DNA from: Eledone cirrhosa | Taxonomy: Eukaryota | Reading direction: 5' to 3' | NCBI GenBank assembly: GCA_964016885.1 | Contig: OZ024742.1 | Location: 117,986,001-118,050,000, forward strand | Length of the DNA stretch: 64,000 nt | Part shown: in pieces, positions 50,501-63,596 of the stretch | How positions within the stretch are numbered: the first letter of the stretch is position 1 | Layout: each line of letters opens with the position of its first letter | Notes under the pieces: model-generated | What the model was told of the DNA's origin: nothing | Seen by the model: only the letters and a program-made list of their open reading frames with translations | The model's database searches: none | Translations under genes and position numbers: made by a program

Positions 50501-52860
50501 TGTTTTTCGGTGGCTAAGATACAATAGCAAGAAGAAAAACACACCAGAAAAGAACCATTAGTCAAGTGCAATATTGTTGATCTTCCAATATCGTGGATTT
50601 TCTTTAGAGATGTTCTACAATAATTTACTCCTTGAAGTGTGGTTTAGAAATGTTATTATTTTTGAAGTCCCTCATTATATTCTTGAAGAATAATAGAAGT
50701 GTACATTTGTTAATTATTGAAATAATTGTTTATATTGTTCGAAGAATGGCGTTAACATTCTTGAATACTACTTAATTATGTTTAAAGAACTTCAGGTCCT
50801 TAAATATAATGTCACCAATACCCTTATCTTACTCAATTGTTCAAGGATATGGTACTTCATTTGAGAGGTGGGTATTGCAAATTGTTTCAGACTAAATGTA
50901 AGAACTTACACTTGCAAGTATAATTGTCAGCGATAAGACCAACCATTGAGTTTATCAAGAGTAAAATAAGAAAAAAATGGTGATGGTCGACACAGCCAAG
51001 AATTAATCAATACGAGGGTCCTTAAAAGAAAACAATGAGTTCACTTGTAGTGAACTCTAGATTATTAGAGAGGGGGGGTAGAGCGAAAGATACGACAGAG
51101 AGGAAGAAAGAGAGAGAATGAGAGAAGAAGAAAGTGAGAGGGACAGAGAGAAAGAGAGAGCGTGGTGGTGTCAATTTGATTGTAGGTTATAATATGATTA
51201 TAAAGGGATTGATGTGATGTAGAAATTATGTTGGAGTGACAGTCATGGAATGCGTGGTATGAAATTTCTCAAGTACGAACAAGAAAGAAGTAGTGGGGAA
51301 AAGTGAAAGTAGATGGCGGAGACAAAGTAGAAAATAAAAATAATGGGAGACATAGAATATGAAGACCAGAACGTTATTTTATTGAATTAAGTAAAAAGGA
51401 CGCATAGACAAGTTTTTGGTTAAATAGGGGGTGATGAGCCAATGGGTGTTAAGAATGGAAGAGAAAAATTAGGGAGACACAAAACCTAAAGGAAGGACGG
51501 GTGGAATTCATGTACAGATGGAAAAAGGGAGAAAAAGTGTAGTAAATGGAGCAGGATGGTGGGCAAAGACCTTGGCTGTATCAAGAAATTAAAAAGTAAG
51601 ACTACTCGAAAGTTCGCAAGTTGTATAGAGCACACACAGTCGTAAACTAAATATGCAAACACAGTAACGTGGGAATATAGGAACTCAGGCAAACATGCCT
51701 CTCAAAACATTATAATTGAGCGTAGGGAGGTACAGATCATAAAGCAGAACCAAAGGAATCGAGGCACATGCATACCCTACTTAAAGATGAGACGTTTTCT
51801 CTTGTATTGGGTTTTATTTGAGCCGTAGCCGGTTAAACTAGCGGACACCTAGGATGATGTACATGAACATTGAGATGTTCTAGGAAACAACCCCTTCCCC
51901 AAGCGGTAATTAGTCTTCCCTATGTACAATGCATTGCAAAGTTTTTATCTAGTGCAGTATATTAGGTTGAGAAAGGTACAATCGAAGTACTTGATCTCAT
52001 TATTGATTTGGGATCAACTAGTATAGTTTAGTAGTTGAAGGGACAAGTATAACATTGTAACGAAAGCAAGAATAGGCCCCAGACTGTGTGGAGCTAAAGA
52101 CTAAAGAACTATTTAGGAGTAAGTTATGTAGATTTTTACTCTTTTCAAAAAGAGGAGTGAAGTCATATGAAAGATCAAAGCGGTTATAGGACCGATTGTG
52201 GAAAGCGGAAGATGTGGAGGATACTGGCTTGAAGCTGCCTCGTGGCAGGGTTGAAGGTAAGCGGAAGGGAAGCTGGTCACCAGACGGATGATGACATGGT
52301 TAGGGGAGGGGGGCTCTTCGGAAGCAGCATCTACGATGAGCTATAGACGCCAAAATGGCAGGAAGTAATGTTGTATTTGCTTTTGGCTTCATAAGGTATT
52401 TTCTCAGCAGTGTCAGTGGAAATGTGTAGAATTGTGAGGGAAAAAATGCGAAATAGGAGTATGAGCCTGTATTTTTATAGTGAACTTTATAAAGTTTAGT
52501 AGCTAAAACATATTTCTCTGGTCTTAGTCATCTTCACTGATTTCACAGTATGATAATAAAGTTGTTCACTGTCAAAGTAGAGATGACTTGTTGACGAGGC
52601 TGTATTAATTTTCTCGATATATATAAGACGACGGAGGTTTCTTTATGAAAAGAAACACAGTCGCGGCAATTTGTCATGTTAGCTCTTGTCATATATTAAA
52701 ACGATGCATTTAGTAGCCTCAAAGCTCAGGATTACGACTGTATTGACTGACGTCAGCATACTAATAACCAAGTAGATTTCTATAATTGGAAATTAGTAAC
52801 ATTCGCGTGCACCTACGTATATATGTGCATATTTAAGTACTTAATTAGCGTGCATACGCA

Positions 52861-52970
<110 letters not shown>

Positions 52971-52983
52971 CACACACACACGC

Positions 52984-53019
<36 letters not shown>

Positions 53020-53902
53020 ATTTATGTATGTACCTAGAACTGTGTGTATGTATAAGATATAATTACTCAGTTTTATTAGTTTTACGCTTGTCGGAAAAGG
53101 AAAAGGAATGTTTCAACGTATCCGGAAAGTGTTAAGTTAAGAGACAGTGAAGGCTGAAGTTTAAAGAAGGAAAAAAGGTTTATCAGAACAGATGAGGTGG
53201 GCGGGAGGGGGGGGAGCTGACCGTCGTGCAGTTCTAGCTGCCGACGTAGTTGGTAATGTTATGTGTGCGCGGATGAGGTGCATTTTATAAGTGTGTGTTG
53301 CTGTTTTATTTTTGTTAGTGTGTGTTTTGGCGTGGCATATATTTTGTTCTTGGTGGTGGCGTTGCCTAGTGTGATAGATGGCTAATGTATTCTAATAGAC
53401 TCGCTGCGTCTATTGCATTCAAGACAGATGTGCTAATGCTGTGAAAATGATGATTCTATTAGTGAAGGCAACTTCTAGTGGATGTCCTGCTGTCCTTTGC
53501 GATTTCTCTCGAAATAAGCGATGTTCTTGAGGCATATCTTCCACCATTTTGCCAGGTTGCTGGCCTGTGTTTTCTCTATTATTGAGCACCTTGATACAAC
53601 CTTGCTTTTGTATTTGTTGATTGGAAACGGGTCAGAGATGGATACCCGTTCAGGATACAGCCGACCATTCGATTATAGATAAAGATAATATCAATAATTT
53701 TTTTCTACTTTTGGCACAAGGCCAGCAATTACCCCCAATGCATTACTGGTGCTTTATTTTATCGATCCTGTAAGGATTAAAGGCAAAGTTAACCTCGGCG
53801 GGATTTGCACTCAGGCTGTAAAGGGCCATAACTCTATGTTTTAAAGCATATCGTCCGATCCTCTAGCGATACTGCCAAGATAATATTAATAACCCTCTCA
53901 AG

Positions 53903-54330
53903 TCAGCGAGCCTTGTGAAGCCAGATCCACAGACCCTTTCTCCCCAAATATTTGATAGAGTTGTTGAAGTCTACATCATTGCGTAGAGGTCTTGATTTTA
54001 TTTCTCTTGATCTTTTCCGATGGAAAACATAATGCCCGATATGCTGCGCAATGGTTGAAATCCACACTGGTTCTCGAATAGTGGCGTGCCAGCAATGTAG
54101 TGTGTGAGACACTTGGTGAGAACATGACTGAGGATCTTTATCGCTATCAACAACAATAAGATGTCATGAGGATTGTAGCAGTGGTACCAGTTCCCCTAGT
54201 ACTTATAGAAATTTACTATCGTCGCATCTCAGAACTTCTGAAAGACTAATTAGATGATCCAGATGAAAGTAAACATCTGTGTAAAATGTGCAGCAATAAT
54301 TTCCCAACACACTGTGAAACTATTGAAGCT
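53903..54330 (-). mobile_element. Ancient RTE (BovB-like) RT fragment
   Basis: F*DATIVNFYKY*GNWYHCYNPHDILLLLIAIKILSHVL..ENQCGFQPLRSISGIMFSI..QEK*NQDLY..VDF..RKGLW matches the RTE RT N-terminal motifs DATIV.LYK.KG..C.NYRGISLL and ESQCGFR. Confidence 0.7.
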
Positions 54331-55349
54331 TAAACTTCAAAGTTCTAGTCACAGAGGCTCACTAGACTCAACTTGTCATATGTTACCCTAATGTCACTGA
54401 TTGCAAATGTGTCACTATAAATGTAGATCTACTACAGTTTAAGACCTAAACTCAAGCCCTAAACTCTAACTGTAAATCCTTGCCGTAACACTAAAGCCAT
54501 TATTTTTCTTGCCAAATCCTAATCACTTATGTTTAAAACACATAATTCATAAATAATAAAGATTAAATAAAACATTTTTAATAAAACATTTATGGTTTTT
54601 TACTTACCATAAAACAGAAAGGTTGTGGGCTGGCAAAATTGAAAAATATTAAAATTGAAAAACGTATATTTTCCTTATACAGAATCTTAAATAAATTTTC
54701 TCCATTTGCAAACCCATTTGTATCACCTCTATGTGCATATAGCCGCCAAATGCGAATATTTAGATTTTTATTTCAGCCGAACCATTGATCTTAGCTCTAC
54801 CCGACTTCATCCTGAGGTAATGTTTCCTTAAGCTGACACCTTTCATGAATATCCTTTTAAACTATATTCTCCCTTTCCATGAATCAAACCTATTTTATGC
54901 AAACCCATGACAGTATGTCTATTCTATGGATGGGAAACATCTGTTTATCTGAACTACAGACCTATCTCCATTTCTACCAAAAATCTCAAAGGTGATAGAA
55001 ACAGATGTAATCCACTATTTTGTTTTAACATTCAGAATTCCGTGAACTGTTTTTGTACATCCGGATCTTCCGGGGAGTAATGTTCCCGTTCTTCTGAATT
55101 TCCACAATAGTAATGCTGTTTTTCTTGACATCAGCAATTCGAAGTTTCATACCAGCCTGCTCTATCGCAATAAGTGTTTCAAATTTAAATTATATATTCC
55201 ACACTCTGTCTTCTGTATATCGCACATAATTCTGAAAGCACCATCCAGTTTGCACGTAATCCAAAGTTTCATTCACAGAGAATAAAACCCAATTACTACA
55301 TATCTATAAACAAAATATATATTTCGTACTCCTTATCAATATGCAAATA

Positions 55350-55630
55350 GAGGCGACTGGCCTAGTTGTAAGGGTGTTGGACTTACGATCATAATGTCGT
55401 GGGTTTGATTCCTGGGCTGGGTTGTGTGTTGTATTCTTGAGCAAAACACTTCATTTCAAGTTGCTCCAGTATACTCAGCTGAAAATGAGTACTAGCAATA
55501 GCTGGGGTTTAATCCCGCGAGAGACTGGCGTCCAGTTCAGGGGGTTTCTTGTACTTTCAGTTGCTTCACGCCATGAAAGCAGGATAAGCACCGACCTAAC
55601 GAGCCTTAAATGGCTTAAGGCAGACTTTAT
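55350..55630 (+). mobile_element. tRNA-derived SINE, second family, full length
   Basis: A-box TGGCCTAGTTGTAAGG, B-box GGTTTGATTCC, central CTTGAGCAAAACACTT..TTGCTCCAGT..CTCAGCTG..AAATGAGT domain, and (ACTTT) end. Confidence 0.75.
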
Positions 55631-57479
55631 CAATATGCAACATATAAATAAAACCTATACAAACATTTCAAATGCATGTCTTAATAATTACTGATACCGT
55701 TTTATTGCAACTACATATCGACAAGATAGTCAATATTGTATCTCAATAAATAGCACTCTTCCAAGTCAGTGAGGGCAACCTGTTTAAAGAGTTGTAAATA
55801 GATACTGAAAGTAGATACACCCCATCTTTGTAAACTATGAGGGAGCTTAATTAATTAGTAGTTTTTATATCAGATCCTCGCAGGGAGATAATATCTTCTT
55901 AGCTGCTTAATACATCGACACTGAGATAAGTGCTAACTATCCATAACACTTTCCGGTAAAGGCATGAGAGGGACTAAGAAAAGAAAAAGGAAATGTTATT
56001 TGTTTAGAACACGCATGTAAAGTTCTCAAAGGTCGTGTTGATAACTGTATTTTCATCAGATACTAATAAATGTGCAGATCAATAAAATTCTTCTCATAAA
56101 CATTCTTAAATAGTGAACCTGTTACTGCTGCTGCTGTTTTCTATTTGTATGGAATAATCATGGTGAATATATTTATATGTTTTCACAACAATTCAGAATT
56201 ACTAATGATTGCATACATCTAGGTTTAATGTTTCATTCTGTAGAATTCGAGCTTGGAACTTTATAATTAATTGTTATTTGCATTTAATTGCTCTATGATA
56301 GCAATACCATCTTCTTGTTATCTTCTGTGTTATTCCAGTTATCCATCTTCTGTAACAAAGAGATGAATATTTATTTTTGCAAGCGTCTTAAAATTGGTGG
56401 CAGTGCTTTCAGATTATGTCAGTAACATATTCAAACTTAGTTATATCTAGTTAGCTCACTATCTTTCACATCGAGCGATGACAGTTCCGGTACTAAGGAC
56501 ATGTGGTTAAAATGTCTATAGAAAAGATCGCTGGACAAATTTAATGGGCAAAGCCTGCCGGCAATAGACCCAGGAGTAGACTGCGAGCAAGACGGTTGGT
56601 TAACATCCATAAGTTCGGTTGGTCTAGTTTGGGGATCCAGCCAGTTTATCTGGAGACGGTTGCTCCTGATAATAACCTCTGAAAGCGAGACGGAGAAGTA
56701 TATGATTTGTGACATATAAGCGTGTGAAGCAGAATATATATCGCTGAAAGAATAAGTGAAACAAAATATGTGCTACTAAGCAGAAAGTTAATTGATTTGA
56801 TGATAAAATACAATCATCATATCTATAAAGCAAAAGCTAAGTATTGCGAAGTAAGTAAAAGAAAAAAAATAGATTATCTAGTCGGTGTAATGTTTCTATT
56901 ACGTTTCTCCCCAGAGAGAAAAGAAATAAAATAAGCTCAATATATATCAACATTGCAGGTATTGTATGGTATTGCAGGAATTCTGAACTAAATATCATGA
57001 TATTTCATGTTCTCTGATCAAATCCTAGTAAAGTTAATGCTGCCTTTCAATTCTCCTGCTAAATAACAATTTGGTATTTGACGTACCATGATAGGCATGT
57101 GGTATCCGATTCCAAGGAAATGTATATGTTTTTCCAATGACACATTACCCGTCTGCTTGAGTGAAAGTGGTGCACCGGAGACGATGGACATTAATCTCTC
57201 AGTAGAAGATGTGGAGTGTTGCCCAAAGCGAATGGCCATGATTGAGATATAGTTGGCAGTTTGTGGTTAAGGGTAGATTATTTCAATTTTGCGAATTGAC
57301 CATTGATTTATATGAAAACAAAGTACTCTGCAAACAAATCAATGAAACGGAGGAGTACATAACGCAGTACTGTAAATAAAATAGTTATTAGGTAAATATG
57401 CCTCAGGTTTTCTTGTACATAAAAGGCATATATAGGTAAGGGTTTACAAACACAGAAAACAGGCCTTGTGAACAGAGAA

Positions 57480-58330
57480 CGTGGCAAATGGTAGCTGGCC
57501 TGCAAATATTATGGTTACAAGCCGGATTATTTTGCTTTCGTCTTGTAAAGCGTCAATTGCTACAGGTAAACGACTGGGAGCATTCTTACTGGTTTAGCTG
57601 TTGGAGAAAAAGAAACATTATTCGATCATTTCCGATCGTTAATTCAGATGATTGTAGGGATTTAAGATTTTAACAAGTGTTCATGAAGAGCTTGGTTTAA
57701 TTTTCGATAGGGTTGTCAGGAATGCAAAAACCTGTGGAATTCTCAGCAGAGGGCAGTGCAGTTCACTGCGATACATCACAAAGAGTTTCAGTAATAAACC
57801 TTCCTGTAACATACATGATCAACTTAAACCAATCTAAAACTTTTGATGGGGTCGGCCCGGCCACCACTATTTGGAAATTTTCCCAATAGTATTTAGTTTC
57901 AGTCACCATTTTCAGAGGCTGGATTGTATCAATATACAACTGCATCCGTTTAGTGTTCAGATTGAAGATTGAAGATTTCAGCTATCGAAACCGTTTCGAG
58001 CATAGTAGGAATATAATCTCTCGTCGCTTCGACACATTTTAACACTTGACTTCCTGTTGTGAAAGCTAAATGTATTAAGGTACATCTCGTCCGGACTGAG
58101 ACAAGAAAGAGCGGTGTCGGTATATATGGGTGAATTCTACCTGATGGTGTGGGATACCTTGGTTATAGAGGGTTTGACACCATACTAAAAAGAGCTTGAG
58201 GTAGAAACTGATTCACGAATCAACCACAACAATTTGGTGGGCTTGCGACTTGGAACCTGGAGAGGAAAGTTCACATCGGTCAACGGCGGCACATCATGTG
58301 TCAGTGAAATGGTAGTCTTGTAAAGTTAAC
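57480..58330 (+). mobile_element. Ancient Tx1/L1 RT fragment
   Basis: Scattered in-frame motifs DHFRSL..KILTSVFMKSL, KTCGILSR, MINLNQSKTFDGV (equivalent to L.LDQ.KAFDRV) and FRGWIVSIYNCIR. Confidence 0.6.
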
Positions 58331-58617
58331 ATTGTATCGTGACATGGAAAAAGTATTATTGATAGTGAGAGAAACATTTGTACTGGAGGAGATTATATGG
58401 GTGATAAGGGGGATCATCGTGTATAAAATAAACTTGTCTATCTATTTCTTCCTCTCTCTCTTTATCTCTTTCTCTCTCTCTCTCCCTATCTCTCTCTCTC
58501 CCCCCTCTCTCTCTCTTTCACACAGACACTCCCTCACTGTCTCTCTGTCTCTCTATATACACACACGTACACGCATACATGTAAATATATGATATAGTAT
58601 AATCTATCTATCTATCT

Positions 58618-58704
<87 letters not shown>

Positions 58705-58705
58705 G

Positions 58706-58901
<196 letters not shown>

Positions 58902-59164
58902 GTGGCGGACTGTCCAGGTGTCATTGTAAGTTTGAATCTAACTGACATGCAAAAACATATATAAATAAGGTATGGCCAATCATAGTAGATTCAAATATCA
59001 CCCAGAGAGAGAGAGAGGAGGAATGAGGTGCAACAGAAATGAAACATGGATTACAGGTTAAAATGTAGTCTAGCTAGATAAGAAACAAAAGGAGGATGTA
59101 GTTTATGGAACACCCAAATGATTTAGAAGTCGACCTTAAGTAGGAGCAATAACATTAAGAAAGA

Positions 59165-59544
59165 CATGAACGACAACACATCATTTTGTTTTGAAAATTT
59201 TGAAAGTAGGTTTATAAGTATGAATTTTCATAAGATTTACGTAGCTGTCTCTGTGGCCTAGTGATAGGTACTAGAGACGGTGGAGATCCTGGCCTTGGGT
59301 TGAAATCCTTGTCAAGAGGTACATGTAACTTTTTTTTTAGATTTTATTTTAAATCCCATAGAAAAAAACTGAAAAGGTTTACCGGGAACCCTACTTCCGA
59401 CCAGGATCGAACTTCAGAACAGGATTACCACTGTCTATGATTCGTCCAACTAGGCCGCCGCGACAGTTAAAAAATTACGATGAAAATTAATAATTATAAA
59501 CCTACTTTGAAAATCAAAGTTAAAAAGATGTGGTGTCGTTCATG
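59165..59544. mobile_element. Old palindromic element with two convergent tRNA-like heads
   Basis: 59165-59320 aligns with the reverse complement of 59390-59544. Each arm has GGCCTAGT(G/TG) A-box-like and GTT(G/C)(A/G)A(A)TCC B-box-like motifs pointing inward. Confidence 0.55.
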
Positions 59545-59869
59545 CTTTCGTAGAGCTATTAGTCATATTTAGGGTCGACTTGTCAATTTTTTGGCTCTTT
59601 GCCAGGTTGCCCAATGGCCAGTGCGGCCTAGGGGGCTCACGGTGGAATTTCAGGGGGCCCACACTAGCATTGCAGGGCCCACTGTAGTATTTTAGGGGCC
59701 ATTGTTTTGCTTTCAAAAAATATCTGAAGTCTAAAAGAATAACATATTTTTTTAAATAAATAAAACATTTGGTCAACCAATTCCCCAGGGAATTAATAGA
59801 AACCAAATTATATGATAGTGCAAATAGCTGGAATCAGTGGTTGTACATTATACTAAATCTAAAGCTTAA

Positions 59870-59905
<36 letters not shown>

Positions 59906-59909
<4 letters not shown>

Positions 59910-60089
59910 AAGTATGACCCCGACGGCAGAGCTCAAGCCGTTTCGACGGCTATTTCTGGACTAGTCGTCGAAACGGCTTGAGCTCTGTCGTCGGGGTCAT
60001 ACTTTTTCCTATTTCCCACTCTACTACTCTAAGTATTGAGTACTCTGGTGCGTTATTGTCCATCTGGTTCCTTACCACATTTCCTTTGT

Positions 60090-60166
<77 letters not shown>

Positions 60167-60388
60167 CTTACATCTGTCAAATCAATTAGTGGTATATATA
60201 TATATATATATATAGCGGAGGAAATGTGGTAAGGAACCAGGTGGACCATAACGAACCAAAGTACTCAATACTTAGGGTAGTAGAGTGGGTAATAGGAACG
60301 AGTAGGACCCCGACGGCTGAGCTCAAGCCGTTTCGACGGCTAATTCTGGACTAAAAATTTGAGCTCAGCCGTCGGGGTCCTACTTGTT

Positions 60389-60392
<4 letters not shown>
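59906..60392. mobile_element. Two PLE pLTR remnants in tail-to-tail orientation, each with a 5' foldback
   Basis: 59906-60092(+) and 60214-60392(-) belong to the same family as 19258-19452. Foldbacks span 59906-60008 and about 60295-60390. Confidence 0.75.
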
Positions 60393-60469
<77 letters not shown>

Positions 60470-61383
60470 CAATGTCAATTAGATCCCTAGCGATTTTTGC
60501 ACAAGTTGAAACATGCTATGTATACATATATATAAATCTACATGCACACATATACACGCCTTCCCATATATATGTATATATATATTGAATGAGTTTGAAA
60601 GACCAAAGGTCATAATTGAAAGTCTCTGGATTTCGCAAAATACATAATATTTTTTTTATTGAAGAAGGTAAGATCTTTGTCCAATACTTTTAGACCCAGT
60701 CCGCCACATATGTGTGTGTGTGTGTGTGTGTTTATATATACACACACACACCAACATTTTCAATGCAATAATAACTAAAAGAGAATCTCCAATGATGTAA
60801 CTATATAACATTTATTCAAATTCTTAAAAGTTATGATTAGATACATTTAAACATAAGTAAAGGCAGTTTCCTACATAACTTATGGATTACAGTTAAAATG
60901 TCTTGCACCAAAACATTCTTACACGTACCGTAATATCTAATCATGTTATACTATTGATGTCATGATAACATTTTTCTTTATCATATTTTCACTAGGTGCG
61001 TCCCAGTTTATGTTATCTTTCACATATAGAACACACCCTTTTATAATACATTCCGATGCTATCCTTTAAAAATTCTATAATCTTTTTCAAAGTACATAAG
61101 AAACATTCCTTAATTCATTTACTCCAATTCCGTACCAGACTATGAAGTGGAATATTTATCATATTACTTTGTACTATATCAAAGTCATGAACTATCATAT
61201 AATATGTGCCGATTATAACTTTTCAAAGTCGAGAAATGAGAAGGCAATCGGTAACCGATTAAAACATGACCACCATGACTTAATGCTACTCTTTTATGTG
61301 TCTATATATTCTTCCATATATCTCTGCGCTATTTACGGAATACACATTCTACATCGTTATAAACTATATCTACATATATTCAC

Positions 61384-61485
<102 letters not shown>

Positions 61486-61710
61486 TATATATATATATTC
61501 CGGTCGCCTGTATTTGCGAACGATTTCTTTCGGTCTTTACACAAGATTGATGATCATAAGTAAGGACAGATATAAATACATACCGAATTGAAAATAGCTA
61601 GTTTGGTATTTACATATATATATATATATCTTTCTTTGGCCCCATATTGAAATAACAGATTAAAGTTTAAGCAAAGAATCGCTACATTCACCCTTAAAGA
61701 TTTTTATTAT

Positions 61711-61780
<70 letters not shown>

Positions 61781-61875
61781 ATAGTGGCTCTATTTGGGGC
61801 AACCCATTGGCTTCTGAGCCACGCAACCTATCAAGTAATGTTACTCCAAAACTCTTAGGAGGAATCGCATTTCGG

Positions 61876-61919
<44 letters not shown>

Positions 61920-61924
<5 letters not shown>

Positions 61925-62637
61925 GTTTAAGCAAAGAATCGCTGCTTTCACCCTTAACGGGATTTTCTGAAAGTCAGTCTGTAAACGCAGAAGTGGATAT
62001 TTCAAAAAACGTTGCAACCGGAGGAAGACAGGAAGACGATACTTTGGTTCGTGGAAACGTTCGCTGGCAGAGAACGGGAAAAAACGAATATAATACGTCA
62101 TTAATAGGAGCGGTGAAAAACAATTACGCGCAATTACGACCTCTTTTATACCATAAACGTGGTTCTGTCTTTGCGTGTAATTGTTTTTCACCGCTCCTAT
62201 TAATGACGTATTATATTCGTTTTTTCCCGTTCTTTGCCAGCGAACGTTTCCACTAACCAAAGTATCGTCTTCCTGTCTTCCTCCGGTTGCAACGGTTTTT
62301 TGAAATATCCACTTCTGCGTTTACAGATTGACTTTGTTAGTTTCAGAAGATCCCGTTAAGGGCGAAAGCAGCGATTCTTTGCTTAAACTTTAATCTGTTA
62401 TTTTAATAAATATTTGCTCTACGGTTCTTATATATTTGATATATATTTATCCTTATCGAGCCCTCTTTGGATTTTAGTCTTCAAATTTATTATTATTACT
62501 ATATATATATAGCGATTCTTTGCTTAAACTTTAATCTGTTATTTTAATAAATATTTGCTCTACGGTTCTTATATATTTGATATATATTTATCCTTATCGA
62601 GCCCTCTTTGGATTTTAGTCTTCAAATTTATTATTAT

Positions 62638-62640
<3 letters not shown>
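61920..62640 (+). mobile_element. Probable PLE remnant: about 210-bp-arm inverted repeat plus tandem duplication of the 3' end
   Basis: 61920-62133 is inverted at 62171-62393 with a spacer of about 38 nt and a small indel. 62369-62505 is repeated at 62511-62642. (TA)n flanks. Confidence 0.65.
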
Positions 62641-62725
<85 letters not shown>

Positions 62726-62740
62726 TATATATATACATAT

Positions 62741-62782
<42 letters not shown>

Positions 62783-62825
62783 TATATATATGTATATATA
62801 TATATAATATATATATATACATATA

Positions 62826-62898
<73 letters not shown>

Positions 62899-62919
62899 AT
62901 ATATATGTATATATATATG

Positions 62920-63009
<90 letters not shown>

Positions 63010-63038
63010 CCGAAATATATATATAAATATATATATAA

Positions 63039-63235
63039 AAGTGGTTACACAACAGTTAGTTCACCATACCGAGAACAATTGTTTCACCTTAGCGGATCGT
63101 CAGCTGAGGATCCGCTAAGGCGAAACAATTGTTCTCGGTATGGTGAACTGACTGTTGTGTAACCACTTCTACCTAACTCGTCCCATGGACTGAGTGCTCT
63201 ACCACTACGGATATTACCTTCCAGTGTTCTACCAC
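63039..63235 (+). mobile_element. PLE pLTR remnant with 130-bp 5' palindrome on a hammerhead stem II
   Basis: 65-bp arms with 3 mismatches, centred at 63103/63104. The right arm carries GATCCGCTAAGGC-GAAAC-AATT-GTT. Confidence 0.7.
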
Positions 63236-63309
63236 TATATATATAGTAATAATAATAATGTTTAAGGGTGAAAGTACTGATTCATTGCTTAAACTTTAAT
63301 CTGTTATTT

Positions 63310-63596
63310 TAATATGGCGACAAAGAAAGATATATATATATGTAAATGCCAAACTAACTATTTTCAATTCGGTATTTATAACAGACCGCAAGTAAGGTGG
63401 TTGGATAACATCCATAATCTTGGTTGGTTTCGCTTACGGATCCAGCAAGATCAATTAGAGACAGTTGCTTCTGACATAACCTGCTGGAAGGCGGAAAATG
63501 AGGGCTCTATCCAATGAGCTTCCCAGGAATAAGTGGCCGCCAGAGAAGAAGAAGAAGAAGAAGAAGAAGAAGAAGAAGAAGAAGAAGAAGAAGAAG
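63310..63596 (+). mobile_element. RTE (Rex3-like) 3' fragment with (GAA)n tail
   Basis: VNAKLTIFNSVF joined to RPQVRWLDNIHNLGWFRLRIQQDQLETVASD. Ends CAGGAATAAGTGG like the 3134-3752 copy. Confidence 0.7.

Noticed and set aside
54860-55010. NYRPISIS..SKVIE LINE RT trace
   Set aside because: Probably a real CR1/L2-type fossil but too short and degraded to delimit or classify.
55350-55425. tRNA gene
   Set aside because: The tRNA-like head continues into a SINE body and lacks a proper acceptor stem; it is a SINE.
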